Positions 8,878 through 17,713 of a stretch of DNA of 64,000 nucleotides are shown here, piece after piece. A program made the position numbers and the translations under genes. Position 1 is the stretch's first letter, and every line of letters starts with the position of its first letter. The notes under the pieces were generated by a model that saw nothing but the letters and a program-made list of their open reading frames with translations, ran no database searches and was not told the DNA's origin. The DNA is from Chloroflexi bacterium UBA4730 (GTDB lineage Bacteria > Chloroflexota > Limnocylindria > P2-11E). The stretch covers positions 10,636-74,635 of the forward strand of contig DHJC01000092.1 in assembly GCA_002404155.1 (NCBI GenBank), written 5' to 3'.

Positions 8878-8903
8878 GAAGCGCCGGTCTGCACCGGCGC
8901 TTC
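8878..8903. terminator. perfect 11-bp hairpin between convergent small genes
   Basis: gaagcgccggt ctgc accggcgcttc read directly, 5 nt after the stop at 8873. Confidence 0.5.
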
Positions 8904-8928
8904 GCTCGCGATCGCAAGGGGGTCGCGG

Positions 8929-9081
8929 TCACATCGTCTTCGGGGTCTCAGGCTGCGGCGCGGGCCGCGGCTGAAGCGGCGAATCGATGGGCTGCCCGCC
9001 TTGTTCCCCCTGCTCCACCTGCGACGGCGGATGCTCTCCGGGCCGCGGCGGGAGGGGATCCTGACCCTGCTTCTCCTGCAT
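8929..9081 (-). CDS. 50-aa Pro/Gln/Gly-rich hydrophilic protein
   Basis: MQEKQGQDPLPPRPGEHPPSQVEQGEQGGQPIDSPLQPRPAPQPETPKTM. ATG preceded by AAGAAGGAGG with 7-nt spacing (strong Shine-Dalgarno). Too short for the ORF track as an independent ORF. Confidence 0.45.
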   Translation of the reverse strand: MQEKQGQDPLPPRPGEHPPSQVEQGEQGGQPIDSPLQPRPAPQPETPKTM

Positions 9082-9182
9082 TGCGAGGCCTCCTTCTTTG
9101 GTTTCGGTCGTCGACCGAACACCGGTCGCTGCGGCAGAGGTCGTGCCAGACCGGGCGGGCGGCCCGAACCGACCGCAACCCG

Positions 9183-9599
9183 TTACGTGGCGGAAGGCGA
9201 AGCAAGCGTTGCGACGAGTGCGCGAACGCGTTGCTCGATCCCGTCTCGCACGATGCGGAACGCCGCGAGTCGCTCGTCCTCGGTGCCGCGCGCGAGCGCG
9301 GGATCGGCGAACTTCCAGCGCAGCTGGAGCGTGGCGCCCGGCGGGATCGGGCAGTTCGCATCGCACACGGTGACGCAGACATCGAACGGCCCCACCAGCT
9401 CATCGATCGACTTGCTCCGCTGCCGAGAGATGTCGACCCCGACCTCGCGCATCGCGCGAACGGCGAGCGGGTGCAGCGCGCTCGCGACCGTGCCGGCGCT
9501 CTCGGCGATGAAGCGGTCGCCGGCCATCGCCCACAGGAACCCTTCGGCCATCTGCGAGCGCGCCGCGTTGTGACCGCAAAGGAAAACGACGCGCGTCAT
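9183..9599 (-). CDS. arsC: arsenate reductase, LMW-PTP (thioredoxin-coupled) type
   Basis: 138 aa. CGHNAARSQMAEG (CX5R P-loop) near the N-terminus plus downstream Cys pair (VCVTVCDANCP). Confidence 0.88.
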   Translation of the reverse strand: MTRVVFLCGHNAARSQMAEGFLWAMAGDRFIAESAGTVASALHPLAVRAMREVGVDISRQRSKSIDELVGPFDVCVTVCDANCPIPPGATLQLRWKFADPALARGTEDERLAAFRIVRDGIEQRVRALVATLASPSAT

Positions 9600-9619
9600 T
9601 CCTCTCTATCGTCGCACGC

Positions 9620-10921
9620 ATGCGATCGGGCCCGCTGCGTCACAAGTGGTTCGCGCTATTCACCGCGACCATCACCTCGGGCTCGATCGGCGACGAGATC
9701 ATGCGGCTGGCACTTCCCCTGCTCGTCCTCGACCTGACCCACGACATCGGTGCAGCCGCGACCCTCCGGGTCATCGAGACCGTGCCGTACGTGCTGTTCG
9801 GCGCGTTCGCCGGCGCGCTGATCGATCGCTCGGAGAAGCGGCGTCTGCTGGCCATCACGACGGTCCTGAGCTTCCTCCTGACCGCATTCATCCCGCTGTC
9901 GGTCGACATCGGCTGGTTCTCGCTTGGCCTGCTCTACGCCGTCACCTTTCTGCTCGGCACCCTCGAGGTCGTGTGGGGCATCACCGCGGACTTCAGCGTC
10001 GTGCCGGCACTCGTCGAGCCCGAGGAGCTGACGGCCGCGAACGCGACCTATCTGACCGCCGACCGGGTGGCCCGGATCGTCGGTCCGAGCCTCGGCGGCC
10101 TCTCGGTCGGCGCGCTCGCGTTCACCGGCGCGTACGGCTCGGCGAACGCGCTGTGGCTCTCAGCGGTCCTCTACCTGCCGTCGCTCGTGGTCTTCCTGCG
10201 GATGCCGCCGCTCAACGATGTCGATCCGGCGTCGGTGGCGCCGCTCACGGTCGCGAACGTGAAGAGCGAGGTCGGCGAGGGCTTCACCTTCATCTGGCGG
10301 AGCACGGTGCTCCGCGCGCTCTTCGTCCTCATGTTCATCAGCAATCTCGGAAGTCAGGGGATGAACACGCTGCTCCTCTTCGTGCTCCGCGAGCAGTACA
10401 AGCTTGACGCAATCACGATCGGCCTGGCGCTGTCGTTCACCGGACTGATCCAGATCTTCGGCTCGGCGTTCGCGCCACGTCTGGCTCGTGGCCGGCCCCT
10501 CGGGCTCACGATGCTCATCGTCGTCTCGATCGCCGCGCTCTCGAGCGGCGCGGCGTCGTTCGCGCGTACCTGGCAGACCGTGGTCCTCGCGGTCACCGGC
10601 CGGCAGCTCGCGTGGAGCGCGCACATCGTCTACGCCTTCATCCCGCGCCAGCGCGAGGTGCCCGCGGCGTTGCGTGGACGCGTGAACGGCGCGTTCCGCA
10701 CGCTCATCCTCATCAGCAACACCGCCTCGCCGGCGCTGCTGTCGACCATCGCCGCCGCGTACAGCACGTCGGTCGCGTTCGCGGCCGCGGGCGTGCTCGG
10801 GGTGCTGTCCGTCGTGGTGAGCGCACTCGGGCCGCTGCGGAAGTACGACATCCGCGACGCGCCCGAGGAGGCCGCGGCCGTCGAACCGGCGGCGGAGTCG
10901 GAGCCGACGCCGGCCGACTGA
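9620..10921 (+). CDS. MFS transporter (EntS/MFS_3-like, 12 TM)
   Basis: 433 aa. Repeated hydrophobic helices. GAFAGALIDRSEKRRLL (MFS motif A-like) between TM2 and TM3. Confidence 0.85.
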   Translation: MRSGPLRHKWFALFTATITSGSIGDEIMRLALPLLVLDLTHDIGAAATLRVIETVPYVLFGAFAGALIDRSEKRRLLAITTVLSFLLTAFIPLSVDIGWFSLGLLYAVTFLLGTLEVVWGITADFSVVPALVEPEELTAANATYLTADRVARIVGPSLGGLSVGALAFTGAYGSANALWLSAVLYLPSLVVFLRMPPLNDVDPASVAPLTVANVKSEVGEGFTFIWRSTVLRALFVLMFISNLGSQGMNTLLLFVLREQYKLDAITIGLALSFTGLIQIFGSAFAPRLARGRPLGLTMLIVVSIAALSSGAASFARTWQTVVLAVTGRQLAWSAHIVYAFIPRQREVPAALRGRVNGAFRTLILISNTASPALLSTIAAAYSTSVAFAAAGVLGVLSVVVSALGPLRKYDIRDAPEEAAAVEPAAESEPTPAD

Positions 10922-10969
10922 CCGGGCTAGGCTTGCCCCCATTCACCCATCTTCCGAGGCGGAGGTCCC

Positions 10970-11596
10970 GTGACCGGCACGCTCTGGCTCACCCTCGGCG
11001 AGGCGAGCCGCATCCTCGGCGTCGATCCCGACACGCTGCGCCGCTGGGCCGACAAGGGGAAGGTCGACGTCCTGAAGACGCCGGGCGGGCATCGCCGCTT
11101 CCTCCGCGCGTCGATCGAAGGCATGCTCCCCCGCCCCCGTCAGGCCGCCCGTCAGTCGCTCACCGCGATGGGCGAGCCGCCCGATCGCATCGCGGCATTG
11201 TTCCTGGAGCGCGTGCGCTCGGACATGGCCGCGCAGGACTGGCATTCGCGGTTCGACGAGGCATCGCTCCGCTGGTTCCGCGAGCGCGGGGTGCGGATGA
11301 GCGATCTGCTCATCGGCTACCTCGACGCGGTACGCCGTACCGGCCGCGACGAATACCTGAAGCAGGCCGCGTCGCTCGGTATGGAGTACGGCGTCCAGGC
11401 GCGCACCCGCGGACTCTCGCTCGGCGAGGCGACCCAGGCGTTCCTGTTCTTCCGGGCGCGCTTTCTTGCCGAGATCGCGAATGTCGCCCGCCGGCGGGCG
11501 CTCGAGGCACAGCAGGCCGCTGCACTGTTCGAAGAGGCCGACCGCGCCCTCGACACGGTGATCCTCGCGCTCATCGACGGGCACCGCGGGTCATGA
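10970..11596 (+). CDS. MerR/excisionase-type HTH DNA-binding protein with uncharacterised C-terminal domain
   Basis: GTG start 5 nt after GGAGG. N-terminus LTLGEASRILGVDPDTLRRWADKGKVDVLKTPGGHRRF is the HTH_17/MerR-like signature. Confidence 0.75.
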   Translation: MTGTLWLTLGEASRILGVDPDTLRRWADKGKVDVLKTPGGHRRFLRASIEGMLPRPRQAARQSLTAMGEPPDRIAALFLERVRSDMAAQDWHSRFDEASLRWFRERGVRMSDLLIGYLDAVRRTGRDEYLKQAASLGMEYGVQARTRGLSLGEATQAFLFFRARFLAEIANVARRRALEAQQAAALFEEADRALDTVILALIDGHRGS

Positions 11597-12804
11597 CCGA
11601 TTCGAAGACCCTCGGCGAGCGCGCCGTCAAAGCGATCGACGCGAAGCGGGCTGACCTCATCAAGCTCTCGCTCTCGCTCCACGGTGAGCCGGAGATCGGA
11701 TACCAGGAGCACAAGTCCGCCGCCAAGCTGACCGACTTCCTCGAGGCGAACGGCTTCGCCGTCCAGCGGAAGTACAAGGACGTGGAGACCGCGTATCGCG
11801 GCGACGCATCCGGCAAGGCCAACGGTCCGACGGTCGCGATCCTCACCGAGTACGACGCGCTCCCGGACATCGGCCACGCCTGCGGGCACAACCTGATCGC
11901 GATGATGGGCACCGGCGCCGCCATCGGCGTGCGCGCGGTCCTCGACGAGCTCCCCGGGCGACTTGCGGCCATCGGCACGCCCGCTGAGGAGGGCGGCGGC
12001 GGCAAGGTCGCGCTCGTGCGCGCCGGAGGCTTCGCCGATGTCGACGTCGCGATGATGTGCCACCCCTCGTCGCGGACGCTCGCTGGCCGGACGTCGCTGG
12101 CGTCGAACCGCGTGGACATCGAGTTCTACGGCAAGGCCGCGCACGCGGCGGCGCAGCCGGACAAGGGCATCAACGCCCTGGACGGCGTGATCCAGACCTT
12201 CAACAACGTGAACGCGATGCGCCAGCAGCTGCGGCCGGAGGCGCGCATCCACGGGATCATCACGAGCGGCGGCAGCGCCGCGAACATCATCCCCGAGTAC
12301 GCGATGGCGAAGTTCAGCGTGCGCGCGCTCGACCGCCGCTACCAGCAGGAAGTGCTGAAACGCTTCATCGCCTGCGCCGAGGGCGCCGCGGCCGCGACCG
12401 GCACGAAGCTCAAAGTCACGGTCCACGAGAACTCGGGCTACGAGAACATGGTCCCGTCGCAGCCGCTCGCCGACCGGTGGGCCGCGCACATGCGCGCCCT
12501 GGGGCAGGCGGTTCAGCCGACGCAGGACGACGAGCGGATGGGCTCGACGGACATGGGGAACGTGAGCCAGATCCTGCCGGCGATCCATCCGTACATCGGG
12601 ATCGCCGCCGACGGCACGCCGGGCCACTCGACCGCGTTCCGCGACGCCGCCGCGACGCCGGAGGCCCACGAGAACGCGCTGTTCGCGGCGAAGGCGCTCG
12701 CGCTCGTCGCCATCGACGCCTTGACCGACAGCGCGCTCCTCAAGCGCGCCCGCGCCGACTTCGAGGACCGCCGCACGCAAGGTGTGGTGAAGGGCAAGGC
12801 CTGA
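11593..12804 (+). CDS. M20-family amidohydrolase/peptidase
   Basis: ATG 11593 overlaps the upstream stop (ATGA). EPEIGYQEHKS...HACGHNL...GTPAEEGGGGK are metal-binding motifs typical of M20D amidohydrolases. The long N-terminal extension of ORF 10612..12804 is rejected. Confidence 0.88.
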   Translation: MTDSKTLGERAVKAIDAKRADLIKLSLSLHGEPEIGYQEHKSAAKLTDFLEANGFAVQRKYKDVETAYRGDASGKANGPTVAILTEYDALPDIGHACGHNLIAMMGTGAAIGVRAVLDELPGRLAAIGTPAEEGGGGKVALVRAGGFADVDVAMMCHPSSRTLAGRTSLASNRVDIEFYGKAAHAAAQPDKGINALDGVIQTFNNVNAMRQQLRPEARIHGIITSGGSAANIIPEYAMAKFSVRALDRRYQQEVLKRFIACAEGAAAATGTKLKVTVHENSGYENMVPSQPLADRWAAHMRALGQAVQPTQDDERMGSTDMGNVSQILPAIHPYIGIAADGTPGHSTAFRDAAATPEAHENALFAAKALALVAIDALTDSALLKRARADFEDRRTQGVVKGKA

Positions 12805-12834
12805 GCCCGCCCTAGAAGCCCCGCGCGACCCCGG

Positions 12835-13092
12835 TCACTGCACGTCGATCCGCTCGCGAGGCGCGCCCGGCCCATCGCGCTGGTCGGATTCGATCCAATG
12901 ATCCAGGAATGCCCGCAGCGCGAGCAGCTGCTCGCGCCATGCGGCACGCATATGGGTGCGCGTCTCATCCGGGACGACCGTCCGAATGACGCTCTCGATC
13001 TGGTCTCCAACGCGGTAGACCGGTCGCTCCAATCGGGCGAGCCGAGCCTCGAGCTCCTTGATCCGTGTCTCCAGCGCCGTCTGATCCGTCAT
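12835..13092 (-). CDS. 85-aa coiled-coil protein coupled to the ArsA-like ATPase
   Basis: MTDQTALETRIKELEARLARLE... ATG overlaps the ArsA-like stop (ATGA at 13089-13092). Confidence 0.55.
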   Translation of the reverse strand: MTDQTALETRIKELEARLARLERPVYRVGDQIESVIRTVVPDETRTHMRAAWREQLLALRAFLDHWIESDQRDGPGAPRERIDVQ

Positions 13093-14297
13093 GTCGCACC
13101 TCCAACGCCCGCTCCCGGTGGCATCCCGAACTGGATCTTCAGCGTTCGGTCCTCGAACTTCGCCCCCTGCGTCGGCGCATTGAGCAGGAGCCGAGGCAGG
13201 ATCAGATTGCGCCGAAACGCTCCGACGTGCACGGTCAGCTCGTCGGCATTGCGCGTCAACGACACGTCGTGTTTCGAGACGAACGGCAGCTCGAGCGCAA
13301 GGGTAAAGCCGCTGTCGGTCCGCTCGACCCGGTACGGCCTGCCGCGGTAGAACTCGCGCGCGGGGTCCTCGTCGCCGAACAGCGCCGACGCGACGCGATC
13401 GAGCATCTCGAGCCCGACGACTTCGCGATCGAAGTACGGCACCGTCCTGACCGGGACGGGCGCGAACGACTCCTCGACCATCGGCAGGTAGCGCCGCTGC
13501 ACCTCCTGCCACGCCGCGAAGTACGCACCCGGATCGCTCGGTAGTAGTCGGTTGACCACGGCCAGGTCGGTCGCGTAGCCGTAGAGATGGAAGTACGTGA
13601 ACGAGCGCTGGGCCTCCTTGATGACCATCTTCTCCAGATTCAGGACGATGCGCACCGATGTGCGCTCGGGGTCGATGAGGAGCCCGTGCAGATGCTCGAG
13701 CTGCCGGAAGAGCCGATCGCCGGCGGCGAAGACGGCGTCATTCGGCATCGGCATCCCGATCACCCGGCGCACGATCGGACCGGCGACCTTGGTCAGCTTC
13801 TGCTGGAGCGGAACGATCCGCTCGAGCCACCACTTCGAGGCCTCGGGCAACGACAGGAGCCGCAGTGTCTCGCCGGTCGGCGCGGCGTCGACGACGATCA
13901 GGTCGTACTTGCCGCTGTCGTGATGCTCGGCGATCCGCAGCAGCGCGGCCAGCTCGTCCATCCCCGGGAGGACGCTCATCTCTTCGGACAGCACCTCGTC
14001 GATGCCCCGCCACAGGAAGATCGTCTTGATGTACTCCTGGATCGCGCCCCAGGACTTCGCGACCTCGTGCATCGCGTCGGATTCGTGCGCCCAAAGGTTC
14101 GGCGCGATCTCGATCGGCTCCGCGCCGAGCTCGCGGTCGAACGCGTCGCCGAGGGAGTGCGCGAGGTCGGTCGAGATCACCATCGTCCGAGCTCCGCGCC
14201 GCGCGCAGCGCAGCGCCGTGGCCGCGGCCACGCTCGTCTTCCCTACTCCACCCTTCCCCGTGTACACGAGGATCCGGCACCCCGGCGGCGAGACCAT
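13089..14297 (-). CDS. ArsA/GET3-family ATPase with C-terminal HSP20-like domain
   Basis: 402 aa. YTGKGGVGKTS P-loop, STDLAHSL, VVDAAPTGETLRLL switch motif. C-terminal beta-sandwich-like FTLALELPFVSKHDVSLTRNADELTVHVG. Confidence 0.88.
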   Translation of the reverse strand: MVSPPGCRILVYTGKGGVGKTSVAAATALRCARRGARTMVISTDLAHSLGDAFDRELGAEPIEIAPNLWAHESDAMHEVAKSWGAIQEYIKTIFLWRGIDEVLSEEMSVLPGMDELAALLRIAEHHDSGKYDLIVVDAAPTGETLRLLSLPEASKWWLERIVPLQQKLTKVAGPIVRRVIGMPMPNDAVFAAGDRLFRQLEHLHGLLIDPERTSVRIVLNLEKMVIKEAQRSFTYFHLYGYATDLAVVNRLLPSDPGAYFAAWQEVQRRYLPMVEESFAPVPVRTVPYFDREVVGLEMLDRVASALFGDEDPAREFYRGRPYRVERTDSGFTLALELPFVSKHDVSLTRNADELTVHVGAFRRNLILPRLLLNAPTQGAKFEDRTLKIQFGMPPGAGVGGAT

Positions 14298-14347
14298 TCG
14301 GTCAGGGTACCCGTCGATGGATAGGCTGAGCCGACGGTGGGAACGAG

Positions 14348-15517
14348 CTGAGCCTTCCGCGCGACGTCCGGCTCCTCGTCCTTGTCCAGGTCCTCTGGGG
14401 TCTCGGCTTCGGGCTCATCGGCCCGCTCCAGCCGCTCTATCTCCAGTCCCTCGGCGCTGATCCGTCGCAAATCGGCCTCGTGTTCGGTGTCGGCAACATC
14501 GTCGGCGGGCTGCTCGTCCTTCCGGCCGGCGCGATCGCCGACCGGCGCGGACGGCGCATCGTCATCGTCGCGAGCGGCGTATCGGGGACGATCGGCGCGC
14601 TCTCGCTCGTGCTGCTCGATCACTGGGAATGGGCTTTCGCGAGCTCGATCCTGTACTGGGCCGGCACCGCCGCGTTGCCGGTGATGAGCGCGCACGTCGC
14701 GGCGGTCGCGCCGCGGGCGCTTCTCGGCCGCGCGATGGGCACCGTGTACGGGGCGTTCTTCGGCGGGTTCATCGTCGCCTCGCCGCTCGCGGGCACGCTC
14801 GCCGCGCATTTCGGGATGCGCGCCGCGATCCTCATCGGGGCGGTCTTCTTCGGCCTCTCGACCGCCGCCACGCTCGGCCTCCCGTCCGGACGCGGCGCCC
14901 ACCTCCTCGCTCCGGGACGATTCCCGCGGGCCTTCTGGGCCCTCCTCGCACTCGCGCCGATCGGCGCGTTCGTCGCCGTGCTCCCCACGCCGCTCCTCCC
15001 GGTGTACGTGCGCGATGTCGCCGGTGCGCCACTCGAGCTCGTCGGCATCTACATCGCGTGTCTCAGCCTCGGCTCAGCGCTCTTCTCGGCGGCCGGGGGA
15101 CGGCTCGCCGACCGCTTCGGCGCGGCGCCCGCGGTGATCGCGAACGCGATCGTGCTGACCATCGGCTGCGCCATGGCGGCGCTGCTTGCGTCGAACGGCG
15201 TCTTCGTCGCGATCGGGCTCGTCCTCGCCGGCGCGAACGTCGCGTCGAATCCGGTGCTCGCGGCGCTGCTGGAGCGCATCGTCCCACCTGCGCGCGTCGC
15301 CCTCGGGTACGCCTCGTTCCAGCTGGTGTACGCGGCCGGCTTCGGCGCGGGTGGCATCGCGGCAGGCTCGTTGTACGACGCGGATCCGCATCTGCCGTTG
15401 CTCGTGACCGTCGCCCTCGCGCTGCCGATCGCGGTCGTGATCGCCTTCGTCGTCGCGCGCATCACGCGCTCCGACGCACCGCCGACACCGCCCATAGAAT
15501 TCGGCCGGACCACTTAG
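14348..15517 (+). CDS. MFS transporter; probable CTG start
   Basis: ORF track starts at GTG 14480, but the frame is open from 14330. It encodes LSLPRDVRLLVLVQVLWGLGFGLIGPLQPLYLQSLGADPSQIGL, i.e. TM1 and the conserved loop of a 12-TM MFS. The only start-like codon there is CTG 14348. Confidence 0.75.
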   Translation: MSLPRDVRLLVLVQVLWGLGFGLIGPLQPLYLQSLGADPSQIGLVFGVGNIVGGLLVLPAGAIADRRGRRIVIVASGVSGTIGALSLVLLDHWEWAFASSILYWAGTAALPVMSAHVAAVAPRALLGRAMGTVYGAFFGGFIVASPLAGTLAAHFGMRAAILIGAVFFGLSTAATLGLPSGRGAHLLAPGRFPRAFWALLALAPIGAFVAVLPTPLLPVYVRDVAGAPLELVGIYIACLSLGSALFSAAGGRLADRFGAAPAVIANAIVLTIGCAMAALLASNGVFVAIGLVLAGANVASNPVLAALLERIVPPARVALGYASFQLVYAAGFGAGGIAAGSLYDADPHLPLLVTVALALPIAVVIAFVVARITRSDAPPTPPIEFGRTT

Positions 15518-15527
15518 GGGAGAGACG

Positions 15528-17168
15528 ATGGCGGCCGCGAAGCCCAAGCTGTACACGTTCCCGACCAGCGACGACGCGATGGCCCCGGAGTGGCCGGGTA
15601 CGCCGATCGGCGCGAAGAACACGATCACCCGGCAGAAGGGCCGCACCCCCGTCGGGAACAAGATGGTCGACGCGACGCCCGGCTTGTTCCGTCGCCTGCT
15701 CGCGAACTCGTTCCAGTTCATCGCCGCGTCGAACCAGCCGGTGCACTCGCACGACGTCGTCATCCACGGCCTCCGGGTCCGGGCGATCACGAACAGCGAG
15801 CACCTCATCGGGTACTGGCGCGACAACTGGTACTCGCTCGAGGAGTGGACCCGGCAGACCGGCGAGCAACCGCACGACACGCCGGACGTGCTCGTCGTCG
15901 CGCTCGGCCGCATCCCGACGGAGCAGGAGGCCGCGTACTACTCCCGCCAGAACGACACGGTGGTGTTCTTCAACACGTCGTACTACGGCCAGCTCAAGAG
16001 CTGGGTCCTCGGCGCGGTCGGCCGCAAGCTCGCCGTCGAATACGGCATCCATTCGATCCACGGCGCGGTCGTGACGAAGGACGGCAAGGGGCTGCTCTAC
16101 ATCGCGCCCACCGGCACCGGAAAGTCGACGTCCACATACGGCGTCATGGAGTTCCCGAACACCCGCTTCCACTCCGATGACTGGGTCTACGTCCGCTACG
16201 CCTACCCGACGAAGGACGGTCGGACGGTGTCGCCGGCACGGGTGATCGTCGACGGGAAGGACGTCGCGCGCGGCTGGCAGACGTACCGCTGGCTCGAGGA
16301 GCACAACGGCTCGACCGCCACGGTCATCGGCCGCGCGCTCGATGACAGCGAGGTCACGACGGTGGCCAAGGATCTCGACGTCGACCATCCGGAGGCGTAC
16401 GCGTTCACGTCGGAGAAGGTCTTCTACCTCCGCTCGAACCTGGTCGAGAACTTCCCGCAGGCGGCGTACGACATGATCCGTTCGCGGCTCGAGAACGCCC
16501 CTGACGTGACGCCTGAGTTCATGACCGAGAACACGTCGTCGATCGACGCGGTCTTCATGAAGTTGAAGGGCACGTCGCCATTCGACAAGATGTCGGACGA
16601 CGAGCTGCGCACGACGATCGGCCGGTTCTTCGCGTTCGAGAACACGCGCGCGATGCTCGACATCACGACGGTGTTCCCGAAGGAGCGCGTGTTCACGAAT
16701 CCGATGGAGCCCGCGCGCATCAACGCGGTCATGCTCCTCAAGCGGAACTTCGACGAGGACCTCGTCATCGAGCGACTCTCGCTCGCCAGATTCATGGCCC
16801 GACTGCTCGTCGGCCGGACGCCGACCGGCACGAAGGAGATCGTCTACAACTCGTACCGCGCCGTCGACGACAAGAGCGAGCGAGCCTGGATCGACACGAT
16901 CGAGGCGAAGGGCGTCGACAAGATGTGGGACGAGTACCTGAAGGCCACCGACAAGCCGGTGACGCTCGAGGAAGAGCTGGAGATGTTCCGGATGCTCCAT
17001 CGGTCGGCGAAGGCCTACGACGTGAACACGACGCTCCAGAAGGACCCGAAGATCACCGGCCGGATGGAGGCCGTGAACAAGACGATGCGCATCCTCGTGA
17101 AGGCGCTCGAGACCGACCAGGACGACTTCCACTACGACATCACGTCCTATGGGAAGCTGCTCGAATGA
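15528..17168 (+). CDS. divergent PEP-carboxykinase(ATP)-fold P-loop protein, function unknown
   Basis: 546 aa, with GGGGAGAG Shine-Dalgarno upstream. Order of motifs parallels PckA: NTSYYGQLKS (cf. GTWYGGEMKKG), IHSIHGAV (cf. SMHCSAN), APTGTGKSTST (cf. GLSGTGKTTLS), FHSDDWVYV (cf. IGDDEHGW), FENTRAML (cf. TENTRVSY), RLSLARFMARLLVGRTPTGTKE (cf. RLTADQ...FLSGFTAKLAGTE). Confidence 0.6.
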   Translation: MAAAKPKLYTFPTSDDAMAPEWPGTPIGAKNTITRQKGRTPVGNKMVDATPGLFRRLLANSFQFIAASNQPVHSHDVVIHGLRVRAITNSEHLIGYWRDNWYSLEEWTRQTGEQPHDTPDVLVVALGRIPTEQEAAYYSRQNDTVVFFNTSYYGQLKSWVLGAVGRKLAVEYGIHSIHGAVVTKDGKGLLYIAPTGTGKSTSTYGVMEFPNTRFHSDDWVYVRYAYPTKDGRTVSPARVIVDGKDVARGWQTYRWLEEHNGSTATVIGRALDDSEVTTVAKDLDVDHPEAYAFTSEKVFYLRSNLVENFPQAAYDMIRSRLENAPDVTPEFMTENTSSIDAVFMKLKGTSPFDKMSDDELRTTIGRFFAFENTRAMLDITTVFPKERVFTNPMEPARINAVMLLKRNFDEDLVIERLSLARFMARLLVGRTPTGTKEIVYNSYRAVDDKSERAWIDTIEAKGVDKMWDEYLKATDKPVTLEEELEMFRMLHRSAKAYDVNTTLQKDPKITGRMEAVNKTMRILVKALETDQDDFHYDITSYGKLLE

Positions 17169-17689
17169 GCGATCCGCGCGAGGCGCAGCGCGAGCGCGAC
17201 CTGCACGAGCTGTTCGTCGCCCGCGGCGAGCTCGCCGCGGCGTTCCAGGGCGTGCCCGACGGCGCGCTCCAGTACCGCGGCGCGTCGGACGAGTACGCGC
17301 TCTCGGGCATCGTCGTACACCTCACGGCGACCGTCGACCACTACCGTCGTGTCCTCGAGGGCATGATCGGCAGCTCGTTCAAGGCCTTCGCGCTCCAGCC
17401 GCAGGACCCGGGCGTCGAGGCCGCGCACGCCGAGCGCGCCACGAACGGCGTCTCCGCCGGCGATCGCAACGAGGCCGTCGCGGTGCTCGAGTCGGCGCAC
17501 GACGATTTCGCTACGGCGACGCTGTCGCTCGTGCCGCCGGACTACGTGCGCAAGGTCCCGGTGACGTACAAGGCCGGGGAGGCGCCGCACGACACGAGCC
17601 TCGCGGACATCGTCGGCTGGCTCACCGACCACTACCGCGAGCACGGGCCACAGATCAAGAAGCTGGCGGCCGCCGCGCCGAAGTCCTAG
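17165..17689 (+). CDS. DinB-fold (DinB_2-like) protein
   Basis: 174 aa. ATG overlaps the upstream stop (ATGA 17165-17168). Helical bundle with His-containing segments VVHLTATVDHYRRV and LTDHYREHG typical of DinB/MST-like metalloenzymes. Confidence 0.6.
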   Translation: MSDPREAQRERDLHELFVARGELAAAFQGVPDGALQYRGASDEYALSGIVVHLTATVDHYRRVLEGMIGSSFKAFALQPQDPGVEAAHAERATNGVSAGDRNEAVAVLESAHDDFATATLSLVPPDYVRKVPVTYKAGEAPHDTSLADIVGWLTDHYREHGPQIKKLAAAAPKS

Positions 17690-17713
17690 ACACCCTCCGT
17701 CAATAGGCGGCGC

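Noticed and set aside
10612-12804. 730-aa ORF extending the M20 peptidase upstream
   Set aside because: The N-terminal 327 aa overlap the MFS 3' end and the MerR-like gene in other frames and are Arg/Pro/Gly junk. The peptidase homology starts at ATG 11593 (ATGA overlap).
15462-17132. 556-aa ORF on the - strand opposite the PEPCK-like gene
   Set aside because: The composition is low-complexity (R, D, V, L, H runs) with no motif. The + strand frame has ordered kinase-fold motifs and a Shine-Dalgarno. The same reasoning applies to 131..1363, 1700..2944, 3011..4087, 11317..12780, 36514..38124, 38310..39614, 39762..41327, 46425..47924, 52900..54426, 54454..55626 and 56455..57621.
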